Counted from the stretch's first letter, positions 1 through 7,578 are shown. The stretch: 45,650 nucleotides of DNA from Syntrophales bacterium (GCA_035506495.1 DATJPI010000013.1:1-45650), one strand, 5' to 3'. A program made the numbers and translations. The notes: generated from the letters alone by a model not told the origin.

Positions 1-2
1 TA

Positions 3-218
3 TCCAAACGAGGGAATCGGCATCTCAGGCGGCTGATCTGGCTGATGACCTTTTGTGCGATTCGGATGGAGGGACCGTTCAAAGCCTATTTTACCCGAAG
101 AAAGACGGAAGGCCTCCCCTTCAGGAAGGCCTTGTTTGCCATAGCCCACAAGCTCGTCCGTGTCATCTTCTCCATGCTGAACAATCGAACCTGCTTCGCG
201 GCTCAGCAAACTGCATAA
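3..218 (+). mobile_element. IS110-family transposase, C-terminal 71 codons (the 5' part lies outside the window)
   Basis: An open frame runs from the window edge to TAA at 216-218. It translates to SKRGNRHLRRLIWLMTFCAIRMEGPFKAYFTRRKTEGLPFRKALFAIAHKLVRVIFSMLNNRTCFAAQQTA. This matches the conserved C-terminal block of IS110/IS1111 DEDD transposases as I recall it (GN..LR..L, then K.AL.A.A.KL). It is absent from the ORF track because it has no start codon in the window. Confidence 0.7.
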
Positions 219-274
219 TAGTTGACTACTAGTCTTCACTCTGTTATAACTCCTTAGGCGAGCCATTACTGATT

Positions 275-308
275 GAAATGAATAAGAAGGAGGGTCATTT
301 TTGACCCT
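275..308 (-). terminator. Possible intrinsic terminator of the two-gene cassette
   Basis: A 7-bp stem (AGGGTCA at 291-297, TGACCCT at 302-308) closes a 4-nt loop. The TGA stop of the 295-801 CDS lies inside the stem. On the minus strand the hairpin is followed by CCTTCTTATTCATTTC, which is T-rich but not a clean U-tract. Confidence 0.35.
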
Positions 309-801
309 GCTTTCGAATGTCGATAAGCCTTCCTTCGGCTATTCGCTTCCAATCCGGATCTTTCATCCCCTCTACCCGATCAGTCATGAGACGCATTAGC
401 TCATCATCACTGGCAACATCATAAGTTTTAAGTCTGCTCATCTCAACGAAGACAAGGACTAAGTCACGAATAGTTAAATCTTCGTTGGCTTCCAAGAGCT
501 TTATTCTTAGAAACTCTACAACCCTACCTCCTTCCCTGGCAAATAGCTCAGCCAGATACATCGCAGGAGGGTGAACATACTGATTGCCACAAATGAATAT
601 GGCGTATTGTTTGTCGATATCATAGCTACTGAAATCATCCTTCCTGAATTGAAGCGAATTCTTCCCATAGATTGTATCAATCAGGTCGGAACAGTAATAA
701 TTCCCAACTTTCTTGTAGTGAGAACAACTCGACAAATTTAACGAGAAAGTTAATACTGCAATAGTAATAGCAATTAAAAGAGTGTTTCTTATTGTGGGCA
801 T
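295..801 (-). CDS. Hypothetical lipoprotein (168 aa)
   Basis: The N-terminus MPTIRNTLLIAITIAVLTFSLNLSSC has a hydrophobic signal segment and a lipobox-like L-S-S-C. I recognise no family. The ATG overlaps the upstream gene by 13 nt. The gene sits in an AT-rich islet. Confidence 0.6.
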   Translation of the reverse strand: MPTIRNTLLIAITIAVLTFSLNLSSCSHYKKVGNYYCSDLIDTIYGKNSLQFRKDDFSSYDIDKQYAIFICGNQYVHPPAMYLAELFAREGGRVVEFLRIKLLEANEDLTIRDLVLVFVEMSRLKTYDVASDDELMRLMTDRVEGMKDPDWKRIAEGRLIDIRKQGQK

Positions 802-1157
802 TTACAACCTAATTCCATTAGCATCCATGCCGCCAGCTGCCGAGGTCCTCGCCTTTGAGGGTTCTCCATATCTCCGGACTCACGACATGCCGACAGAAAC
901 AGTTCGCCGGCTGATGGCTCATCATTCAACCCACATTGTTCGCGCAAAGAAACGCATTCAGTAGCCAGATCGTGAAGTTCGTTCGATTCCTTAGGTAACC
1001 AGTTTGGATGATGCTGTGGCGGCATGTTCTTGGTGTTCGAGAAGAGCATTTCGCCGGTCTTTTGAATCCGCGGCAACACGGCAAGCAGCCTTTTCCGTAG
1101 AATATCTTCAGCGTTTTGCATCTTTTTGTCGAGTCTTGCCAATCGAGTTGATTTCAT
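789..1157 (-). CDS. Hypothetical cytoplasmic protein (122 aa)
   Basis: The ORF has no signal peptide and no family I recognise. It overlaps the downstream lipoprotein gene by 13 nt (789-801), which suggests translational coupling. Its Shine-Dalgarno sequence is weak. Confidence 0.5.
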   Translation of the reverse strand: MKSTRLARLDKKMQNAEDILRKRLLAVLPRIQKTGEMLFSNTKNMPPQHHPNWLPKESNELHDLATECVSLREQCGLNDEPSAGELFLSACRESGDMENPQRRGPRQLAAWMLMELGCKCPQ

Positions 1158-1195
1158 ATATCCGACGGACTCTTTTTTCTTTCATATTCCATCTC

Positions 1196-1213
1196 TATAT
1201 ACCTCGGTATATA
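1196..1213. promoter_or_regulatory. Perfect 18-bp palindrome, candidate operator or -10 region of the cassette promoter
   Basis: TATATACCTCGGTATATA is an 8-bp perfect inverted repeat with a 2-bp centre. It lies 39-56 nt upstream of the ATG at 1157 on the minus strand and contains TATATA elements on both strands. Confidence 0.4.
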
Positions 1214-1345
1214 ACGATTACTACTTGAACTGGAGCATGTAATAAATAATGTAATAATAACGCTTTCAGGAAGGAGTCCACGCCTATCCTCACCCCTTAC
1301 TGCCGGGTCATGTGCGCTTCAGAACCATTATCCGCCCCATTACGT

Positions 1346-1374
1346 TTGACATCAAGGGGCATAAACCTTAAGTT
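1346..1374 (+). promoter_or_regulatory. Sigma70-like promoter immediately upstream of the 1381 ATG (possibly a leaderless transcript)
   Basis: TTGACA (1346-1351), a 17-nt spacer, then TAAGTT (1369-1374). Only 6 nt (GCACGT) separate the -10 element from the ATG at 1381, and there is no Shine-Dalgarno sequence. Confidence 0.4.
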
Positions 1375-1380
1375 GCACGT

Positions 1381-1644
1381 ATGGACGCATTGCGGATACT
1401 TTTCAATATCCTCCTTTTCACCGCTTCGCTCTTTGCTGCGGCATTGCTTGTCGAGAAGATTTATGCGGGGCGCTGGAAATGGCTGACCTTTGGCATCCTG
1501 ATGAGTTTCATCATCGGGTTCACCCTTCTTCCCGGGACCCTCATCATCCTCCTCGAGGCCCTTCCGGCTGAAATGTCGCTCGCCAATGCGGCAACGCTAA
1601 TTCTGGGGGGAGTCGGCGCAGGCTTTCTTGCCACTGGGGTCTGA
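1381..1644 (+). CDS. Small integral membrane protein (87 aa, about 3 hydrophobic segments)
   Basis: The translation consists almost entirely of hydrophobic helices (ILFNILLFTASLFAAALLV, LTFGILMSFIIGFTLLPGTLIILL, ATLILGGVGAGFLATGV). I recognise no family. Confidence 0.5.
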   Translation: MDALRILFNILLFTASLFAAALLVEKIYAGRWKWLTFGILMSFIIGFTLLPGTLIILLEALPAEMSLANAATLILGGVGAGFLATGV

Positions 1645-1719
1645 ATCGTCTTTCGTATCCTTCAGGAGGTCTTCCTGAAGCTCTTCCCTCACCGTCCGTG
1701 ACAAAAATTCGAGGCAGAT

Positions 1720-2025
1720 TTACTGGATGATCCCGGTAGCGATAATCAGCGCCAGCACCGAAAGGACGCCGAGGGCCGTCATGAAGATAAAATCGGCGAT
1801 TTTCTCATAGAGAAGCCATCGTTTCTGGCTCCGCATCGATGAATAGGAAAAGAGGCAGGAAGACAGAAAGAGGAAAACGCAGACGACCGCCATCTCGTCG
1901 ATGTAGGTCAGATCCCCCCGGTCAAGCACCCGGATGACGCTGAAGATGGCAAAACAGATCCCCAGCAGGTTGGCCGAGGCCCCCAGAATGTGCTGGGACA
2001 CGCATGGTCGTTCACGCTCCTGCAT
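1720..2025 (-). CDS. Small integral membrane protein (101 aa); last gene of the papain-like/thioesterase operon
   Basis: It has three hydrophobic segments. Its start lies 9 nt downstream of the stop of the 2035-2547 gene. Confidence 0.5.
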   Translation of the reverse strand: MQERERPCVSQHILGASANLLGICFAIFSVIRVLDRGDLTYIDEMAVVCVFLFLSSCLFSYSSMRSQKRWLLYEKIADFIFMTALGVLSVLALIIATGIIQ

Positions 2026-2034
2026 CGGATCCCC

Positions 2035-2547
2035 CTAGTCCTTTTTCAGTGTAAACCTCCACTTGCAAAAAACATTCTCAGGGTGGGGGTCGGGTGGAGC
2101 AAAAACGCATTCAACCTGAATCCTCTCGTCGATCACCCGGGCGAAGTTGACAAACTCGCCCCGGTGCATCTCCTTGCAAGAAAACTCGGGCAGCCCCCTT
2201 GCGACCCTGGCAACCTGGGGTGCGCAGCGAGGCACCGAGATCAAGACCTCGTCTTCCTTCTCCTCGATGTCGTAGCCGATGATCATCGCCCAAGGGAAAT
2301 AGCGCAGTGCCTGCACGAAACCCGATAGCCCTTTTCCGATCCCGAAGCGCTTCATGAAATCCCTTGCAGCAAGCTCAGCGGCCTTGTGCCAGACCTGCTC
2401 GTTGATTCCTTCTGCTGTCTGCTGGTCGAAGCGCTCCTGCACGAAGAGAAACCAGAAGCCGTCGATGACCCGGTAATGCCAGAGGAGGAACTCCACGTAC
2501 GCCCTCATCTCCGCGGGGCTCATCCTGTCGAGAAGTCTCAGATCCAT
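2035..2547 (-). CDS. DUF6125-like protein (170 aa)
   Basis: The ORF-track entry 2035-2898 has an R/P/G-rich N-terminal extension, so I trimmed it to the internal ATG at 2545-2547. That ATG overlaps the upstream stop as TGATG and has GGTGAAAGG upstream. The sequence [34 protein letters not shown]...[33 protein letters not shown] resembles proteins annotated as the DUF6125 family. I am naming the family from memory. It contains four Cys residues. Confidence 0.6.
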   Translation of the reverse strand: MDLRLLDRMSPAEMRAYVEFLLWHYRVIDGFWFLFVQERFDQQTAEGINEQVWHKAAELAARDFMKRFGIGKGLSGFVQALRYFPWAMIIGYDIEEKEDEVLISVPRCAPQVARVARGLPEFSCKEMHRGEFVNFARVIDERIQVECVFAPPDPHPENVFCKWRFTLKKD

Positions 2548-2987
2548 CAGCCTTTCACCCTCCTTGCGATCTGCAGTTCCTTCGCCTTTTCCTGCAGGGC
2601 GACATCTTCGGGATCCGTCGCCTCGATGACGAGCCCGTGGGGGATACGTCGGGCTTTTTTGTCGACATGGATAAAGGTGATGAACCCGTCGACGAGAAAA
2701 TCGTCGCTGCTGTTGTCCACAACCTTGATGTAGGAAACCAGGCGCGTTTCTCCCGCGAAGACGACCCTGCTCTCGAAGCGGATGATGGATCCGTTGTGGA
2801 TCGGCTTCAGAAAGAGCATCCCGTGGATATTGAGGCAGACGATGTTTTCGGGGTTCGTCAGGCTCGCGGCGGCAATGAAGCCCGACTCGACAAACCACAT
2901 GGCCGTTTTGCCGGCAAAGAGCGTCCCGTGGTGGTTGAGGTCCTCACTTTTCACAAGGTGGTTGATGATGTGAGTGCGCAGTTTCAT
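2547..2987 (-). CDS. Acyl-CoA thioesterase, hotdog fold (146 aa)
   Basis: I trimmed ORF 2547-3485 to the ATG at 2985-2987 ([40 protein letters not shown]...). The N..GTLFGG-like motif and the length are typical of YciA/4HBT-type thioesterases. The start overlaps the upstream stop (ATGA). Confidence 0.7.
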   Translation of the reverse strand: MKLRTHIINHLVKSEDLNHHGTLFAGKTAMWFVESGFIAAASLTNPENIVCLNIHGMLFLKPIHNGSIIRFESRVVFAGETRLVSYIKVVDNSSDDFLVDGFITFIHVDKKARRIPHGLVIEATDPEDVALQEKAKELQIARRVKG

Positions 2988-4096
2988 GTTCCCAATCCTT
3001 TCTTGTCCAGCTTGCCGATGAATGCAAGGCTTTTGCTGCGGTGCAGATCCCCGGGGGTGACAAAATCGGCGGCCACGTCGAAAAGACCGCCCAGCAAAGC
3101 AGCCCGGGACAACTCCCATTTCTCCTGCCGGTACCGCGTACGGTGGAGGCTTGCCGCGAAACGCTCGAAGGACGGCAGCAGATCCGGCGACGCAAGCTCG
3201 ATCCGGGCTGCCTTCGGCGTTTGCTTCTGTAGGTCCTGGAAATAGGCTTCGATCATCTGCTCCACCCGCAGGACATCGACCGGCCCCGCTGCCCGCGGGG
3301 CCTCGGTAAGATCGACACTCCCTTCGAAAAGATGCCCGCCCTGCACTTCGACGAGCTGCCACAGCGCGCTGCCACGATGGATACCACCGTTTTTCCCGGT
3401 CGGGACCACCCGCTCCCCGATGCGAAGCACCTCGGGCGCCCGCGCCAGAACATCGATGGAATCCGGAAGGGCTTCCCCATAGCACCGAAAAACAAACTCG
3501 GAGCAGATCATGGGCTGCCGTCCCGCATCGAAAAGCCTCAAGAGATAGGCTGCCGCGGCATCAAGCGTCTCCCGGACGAGCCTTCCGAGAACGGACGAGC
3601 CGGCGAGCTCCCGGGTGATGCATAAAAATGCCAAAAGCAGGATTTGTTCGTAAGCATATCGTTCGCCGCTTTCCAGGTAGTATTCCGCGCGTTGCAGAAC
3701 AGGATCGAGGCTGACGGGGAGCTTCTTTAGCCTCCTCGATTCGACCCCCTCGGCATGCTCGACGCTTTTTGCGAGTTCCCGACGGATGAGTCCTTCCCGG
3801 ATCGCTTCACCGACGACTCTTCCCTTGCCCCCGCATCGCCCCAGAAAAAGCCCCGCATGACTCACCGCCGAACGGTCGATCAACCGTATGGCGTTGCTGA
3901 TCCAACCTGCACTCCGGTACAGTAGAATATCCCCCGGCATCAGTTGCGAGATCGGAATGTCCCTCTTCACTCGGCCCTCGCTCCTCCTGCTTTTTGTTAC
4001 CCTGATCACTTTAGCCGCTTTGTCTGACCGTTCATCGCTCATGGCTCGGGTCGAACTCTCGGGTAGGATGACAACTTGCTTCGAAGTATGGGACAT
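2984..4096 (-). CDS. Permuted papain-like (NlpC/P60 superfamily, YiiX/YaeF-type) putative amidase with long insertions (370 aa)
   Basis: PGDILLYRS..ISNAIRLIDRSAVSHAGLF carries the His motif. YAYEQ follows, then the Cys motif MICSEFVFRCY. The C-terminal DFVTPGDLHRSKSL resembles the terminal strand of YiiX-like enzymes. His precedes Cys, which is the permuted order. Confidence 0.6.
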   Translation of the reverse strand: MSHTSKQVVILPESSTRAMSDERSDKAAKVIRVTKSRRSEGRVKRDIPISQLMPGDILLYRSAGWISNAIRLIDRSAVSHAGLFLGRCGGKGRVVGEAIREGLIRRELAKSVEHAEGVESRRLKKLPVSLDPVLQRAEYYLESGERYAYEQILLLAFLCITRELAGSSVLGRLVRETLDAAAAYLLRLFDAGRQPMICSEFVFRCYGEALPDSIDVLARAPEVLRIGERVVPTGKNGGIHRGSALWQLVEVQGGHLFEGSVDLTEAPRAAGPVDVLRVEQMIEAYFQDLQKQTPKAARIELASPDLLPSFERFAASLHRTRYRQEKWELSRAALLGGLFDVAADFVTPGDLHRSKSLAFIGKLDKKGLGT

Positions 4097-4214
4097 GGGG
4101 CTTCTCTGTCAAGGACTTTCATCGGGTGCGCACGGCGATTGCGCTTTTGATGCTTGCAGTTTCAACCCGTTGTGCTAGAAACGCAGGGGAGTAATCCCCG
4201 CAGGGCAATACACA

Positions 4215-5261
4215 TTGAGCATCAGAAGAGACGCCTCTGGCATGCAAAAACGGGCACAGCCGAAACAGTGGAACGACTGGCGCTGGCAGCTTCGCAACCG
4301 CGTCCGCTTACCCGGCGGCCTCGACGAACTGCTGGGTACCTCTTCCGAACAGGTCGGGCCTCTGCGGAAGGTCGCCCGAATCTACCGCTTCGCCATCACA
4401 CCCTACTACCTGTCGCTTTTTGACCCGAGGGATGAAAGCGACCCGATTCGCCTGCAGTGCATCCCCGACGCAAGGGAGATCGACTGCGAGACGGGAGGCA
4501 CCGAAGACCCTCTGGAGGAAGAAACCCACAGTCCCGTACCGGGCTTGATTCAGCGCTATCGCGACCGCTGCCTCGTGACCGTGACAAATCGTTGCGCCGT
4601 CTACTGCCGTCACTGCAACCGCAAGCGTTTGTGGCGCCGTCGCGAATCCTGTCTGTCGGACGTCGAAGTCGAACGGATCGCACGCCATATAGAAAAATCA
4701 CACTCCATTCGGGAGGTCATCTTCTCGGGTGGAGATCCCCTGACGCTCTCCGATCCGCGCCTTGGGAAAATTCTGGCGAGGCTCCGCTCCATCCCCCGAA
4801 TCGAAGTTTTGCGGTTGGGAAGCCGTATACCCGCGGTGATGCCCATGAGGATCACCGATGACCTGTGCAGAATGCTCCGCAGCCATCGGCCGATCTGGTT
4901 TCTCACGCAGTTCAATCACCCCCGCGAGATCACTCGAGAGGCGGCGGACGCCTGCGACAGGCTCCTGTCGGCGGGAATTCCCGTTCTCAATCAGTCTGTG
5001 CTTCTCAGGGGCGTGAACGATAACTTTCGGACGATGCAAGATCTGCTGTACGGCCTGGAACGCATCAGCGTCAAACCTTACTACTTGTTTCACTGCGATC
5101 CCGTGCAGGGATCCGATCATTTCCAGGTTGATATCTGGGAGGGGATGCGGATCATGGAGCAGCTCTGGAAATCAACCTCGGGTCTGTGCCTGCCCCGCTA
5201 TGTGGCAGACATGCCGGGCACCAAGGGCAAGGTGCCCCTGCAACCCGTCATGCTTCTCTGA
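4215..5261 (+). CDS. epmB: Lysine 2,3-aminomutase-like radical SAM enzyme (EF-P beta-lysylation protein EpmB)
   Basis: CAVYCRHCNRKR is a CxxxCxxC radical-SAM motif. The KamA-type N-terminus WNDWRWQLRNRV and the GGDPL motif are present, and the gene sits next to efp and epmA. The start is uncertain: TTG at 4215 or ATG at 4242. Confidence 0.85.
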   Translation: MSIRRDASGMQKRAQPKQWNDWRWQLRNRVRLPGGLDELLGTSSEQVGPLRKVARIYRFAITPYYLSLFDPRDESDPIRLQCIPDAREIDCETGGTEDPLEEETHSPVPGLIQRYRDRCLVTVTNRCAVYCRHCNRKRLWRRRESCLSDVEVERIARHIEKSHSIREVIFSGGDPLTLSDPRLGKILARLRSIPRIEVLRLGSRIPAVMPMRITDDLCRMLRSHRPIWFLTQFNHPREITREAADACDRLLSAGIPVLNQSVLLRGVNDNFRTMQDLLYGLERISVKPYYLFHCDPVQGSDHFQVDIWEGMRIMEQLWKSTSGLCLPRYVADMPGTKGKVPLQPVMLL

Positions 5262-5278
5262 TCTGAGATTTCTGTTCT

Positions 5279-5313
5279 TCCCTGAACCCTATACCCTGGA
5301 CCCTGTACCCGGT
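5279..5313. repeat. Tandem array of five degenerate heptamers, (A/T)CCCTNN
   Basis: TCCCTGA ACCCTAT ACCCTGG ACCCTGT ACCCGGT, read directly from the epmB-efp spacer. The same unit recurs at 39006-39033. Confidence 0.6.
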
Positions 5314-5394
5314 GAAATGCTTTGACAATAAACACGGAATATATTAAAGAAATACCCTTTCAAGCAGCCCAACACCCCTGAGGGGAGAACCGAT

Positions 5395-5958
5395 ATGTAC
5401 AGCGCCAGTGATCTCAGAAAAAATTTAAGACTCATGCTCGATGACGACCCTTACATCGTTGTCGATTTCCAGTTTGTCAAGCCGGGAAAGGGCCAGTCCC
5501 TTTACCGCTGCAAGCTCCGCAACATGCTCACTGGCAGTCAGATCGATCGTACCTTCCGCGAGGTGGACACGTTCAAGCCGGCCGATACACAGGAAAAGAC
5601 CATGCAGTATCTCTACAAGGAAAGCAACGCCTACCACTTCATGGACAATGAAAACTTCGAGCAGATCGCCCTGACGGAAGAACAGGTCGGCGATGCGAAG
5701 AACTTTCTGATCGAAAACATGGAGTGCAAGGTCCTGTTTTTTCGCGAACGGCCCATCGACATTACGCTGCCCAACTTCGTCGACGTCGTCGTAACAGAGG
5801 CCCCGCCCTGGATCAAGGGCGATACCGTTTCAGGTAATTACAAGCCCGTTATCGTCGAGACAGGTTACAAGGTCAGCGTGCCTCCTTTCGTCGAGCAGGG
5901 AGAGAAAATCCGAATCGACACACGGACAGGAGACTATCTTACCCGAGTAAAGGAATAG
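5395..5958 (+). CDS. efp: Translation elongation factor P
   Basis: The 187-aa product carries the FVKPGKGQS loop (the modifiable Lys), the KGDT motif and the C-terminal IDTRTGDYLTRV. A GAGGGGAG Shine-Dalgarno sequence lies upstream. Confidence 0.95.
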   Translation: MYSASDLRKNLRLMLDDDPYIVVDFQFVKPGKGQSLYRCKLRNMLTGSQIDRTFREVDTFKPADTQEKTMQYLYKESNAYHFMDNENFEQIALTEEQVGDAKNFLIENMECKVLFFRERPIDITLPNFVDVVVTEAPPWIKGDTVSGNYKPVIVETGYKVSVPPFVEQGEKIRIDTRTGDYLTRVKE

Positions 5959-5974
5959 ACGGGGATTCAGCCCC

Positions 5975-6898
5975 ATGAGCGCTGATTGGAAGTTCGAGGT
6001 CAGACATCAGGCCCTCGAAATACGTGCCTGCGTGCTCCATGCGATACGCGCCTTCTTTCTGTCCAGAGATTACCTCGAAGTCGAAACCCCCAACCGCATC
6101 CCCGCCCCATTGCCCGAATCGCATATCGACGCCGTGCCTGCAGGCGAGTGGTCGCTCCATCCCTCGCCAGAGCTCTGCATGAAGAGGATGCTCGCCTCCG
6201 GATACGAGAGGATATTCCAGATCTCCAAATGTTACAGGGAACACGAACGCGGCCCCCTGCACCTACCGGAGTTCAGCCTGTTGGAGTGGTACCATGTCGG
6301 CTATGATTATATTCGACTTATGGATCAGTGCGAGGATCTTTTCCTCTACGTCTCGGAGGCCTTGGGGAAGGGAAACCCGATCCAGTACCGGAACCGTGAG
6401 ATCGACCTCTTGAAACCCTGGGAAAGACTCTCGGTAAAGGAGTCCTTTGAACGATACGGATCGGTCGCTATGGAGAAAGCGCTGTTGGAAAACCGTTTCG
6501 AAGAAATCCTCGCCTTGGAGATCGAGCCCCGTCTGGGGATCCCGAAGCCGACTTTCCTTTGTGACTATCCTCTTGCCTTCGGATCTCTGGCACGAGCGAG
6601 AAAGGACAACCCCACCGTGGCGGAGCGCTTCGAAATCTACATCGGAGGCCTGGAGTTGGCGAATGGGTTTTCAGAACTAACGGACGCAGACGAACAGCGG
6701 AACCGTTTCAGGAAGGAAAACGATACCCGCGTGAAACGAGGCCGTTCGCACTACCCCATGCCGGAAAAATTCCTGGACGCAGTCTCCCACATGCCCGAAT
6801 CTGCCGGCATCGCCCTGGGTGTGGACCGGTTGGTCATGCTCTTTGCCGATGCCGTCTCCATTGACGAGGTGGTATCCTTCACTCCGGAAGAATTGTAG
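5975..6898 (+). CDS. epmA: EF-P--(R)-beta-lysine ligase (GenX/PoxA, truncated class II LysRS paralogue)
   Basis: The 307-aa product lacks an anticodon-binding domain. It has class II motifs (YLEVETP, CYREHERGPLHLPEFSLLEWY, GIALGVDRLVM). Confidence 0.9.
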   Translation: MSADWKFEVRHQALEIRACVLHAIRAFFLSRDYLEVETPNRIPAPLPESHIDAVPAGEWSLHPSPELCMKRMLASGYERIFQISKCYREHERGPLHLPEFSLLEWYHVGYDYIRLMDQCEDLFLYVSEALGKGNPIQYRNREIDLLKPWERLSVKESFERYGSVAMEKALLENRFEEILALEIEPRLGIPKPTFLCDYPLAFGSLARARKDNPTVAERFEIYIGGLELANGFSELTDADEQRNRFRKENDTRVKRGRSHYPMPEKFLDAVSHMPESAGIALGVDRLVMLFADAVSIDEVVSFTPEEL

Positions 6899-6984
6899 CT
6901 TGATCCATTCGGTTTGTTTATCTCTTTCGATCTATTCGTCGCTCTCGTTTTTTCCTCTTTCTAATGACGTAGAATTATACAACT

Positions 6985-7011
6985 ATATGAATTAATTAGA
7001 TATATTCATAT
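6985..7011. promoter_or_regulatory. Inverted repeat ATATGAAT-N11-ATTCATAT in the AT-rich spacer
   Basis: An 8-bp perfect inverted repeat (6985-6992 and 7004-7011) read directly from the sequence. Its function is unknown. Confidence 0.25.
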
Positions 7012-7302
7012 TTTGGCGGAATCCACTCTCCCGTTCGCCATTTCCTGCATGCTTCAGCCTCTTTTTCCATTCTTCTTTCACATTTCATTCAACCAAATTG
7101 AACGTTTCATTAAAGACTTTTCGGGGATTGGCAATTTTTTTCTGGCTCAAACAAAAGGGATCATCACCTATTCCATAATAATATCAAACTGTTAATAATT
7201 AATATGTGTAATTTCGTTCTTGTGGCACGCTCTTTTCAATAGAAAAAGGCAAAGATCGCAAATAAGCAAAATGAAATAATAAGATCATTGGGAGGAGACA
7301 TC

Positions 7303-7578
7303 ATGAAAAGGACGCTTTCGACACTGATTCTGGCGGGTATCGTAGTGCTGATCACGGGAACCTTTTGCTTTGCCGAGTTCGCCGCCGCAGGCGTAGAGAA
7401 CTTCCCCTACTTCCACCTGGGCTGCCTGATTGTCGGTGGCATGATCATCGTTTCTCTCAAGCAGAAATATCAGAAAATTTACCTCGGTGAGGCAGTCGGA
7501 AGCTTTGCCATGTACGCCATTATGGTGGCCCTGTTCACAGCCCCGGTGGCCCAGGGTCTCAAGAACCTGCTGGGTTAG
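7303..7578 (+). CDS. Small membrane protein (91 aa)
   Basis: GGGAGGAG (7290-7297) lies 5 nt before the ATG at 7303. The track start at 7288 is a TTG inside the Shine-Dalgarno sequence. The product has an N-terminal signal/TM segment plus two more hydrophobic segments. I recognise no family. Confidence 0.55.
   Translation: MKRTLSTLILAGIVVLITGTFCFAEFAAAGVENFPYFHLGCLIVGGMIIVSLKQKYQKIYLGEAVGSFAMYAIMVALFTAPVAQGLKNLLG

Noticed and set aside
1660-1680. Hairpin CTTCAGGA-GGTCT-TCCTGAAG between the convergent genes ending at 1644 and 1720.
   Set aside because: The 8-bp stem is real, but neither strand has a U-tract, so I do not call it a terminator.
2547-3485. ORF-track entries 2035-2898 (287 aa) and 2547-3485 (312 aa) suggest large overlapping genes or a frameshifted pseudogene.
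   Set aside because: The N-terminal two-thirds of each is R/P/G/A-rich nonsense that overlaps the neighbouring real gene in another frame. Internal ATGs at 2547 and 2987 give full-length domain-sized proteins and form TGATG and ATGA stop-start overlaps typical of coupled operons.
4097-4214. I tried to define divergent promoters between the papain-like operon and epmB (TTGACA at about 4106-4111 on the minus strand; TTGCAG-16-TAGAAA on the plus strand).
   Set aside because: The hexamers are either too close to the start codon or poor matches, so I cannot support a call without transcription-start data.
7013-7195. 60-aa ORF in the AT-rich spacer.
   Set aside because: It has a TTG start and no Shine-Dalgarno sequence. 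Its F/I/S/N-rich composition is what AT-rich DNA translates to. I recognise no motif.
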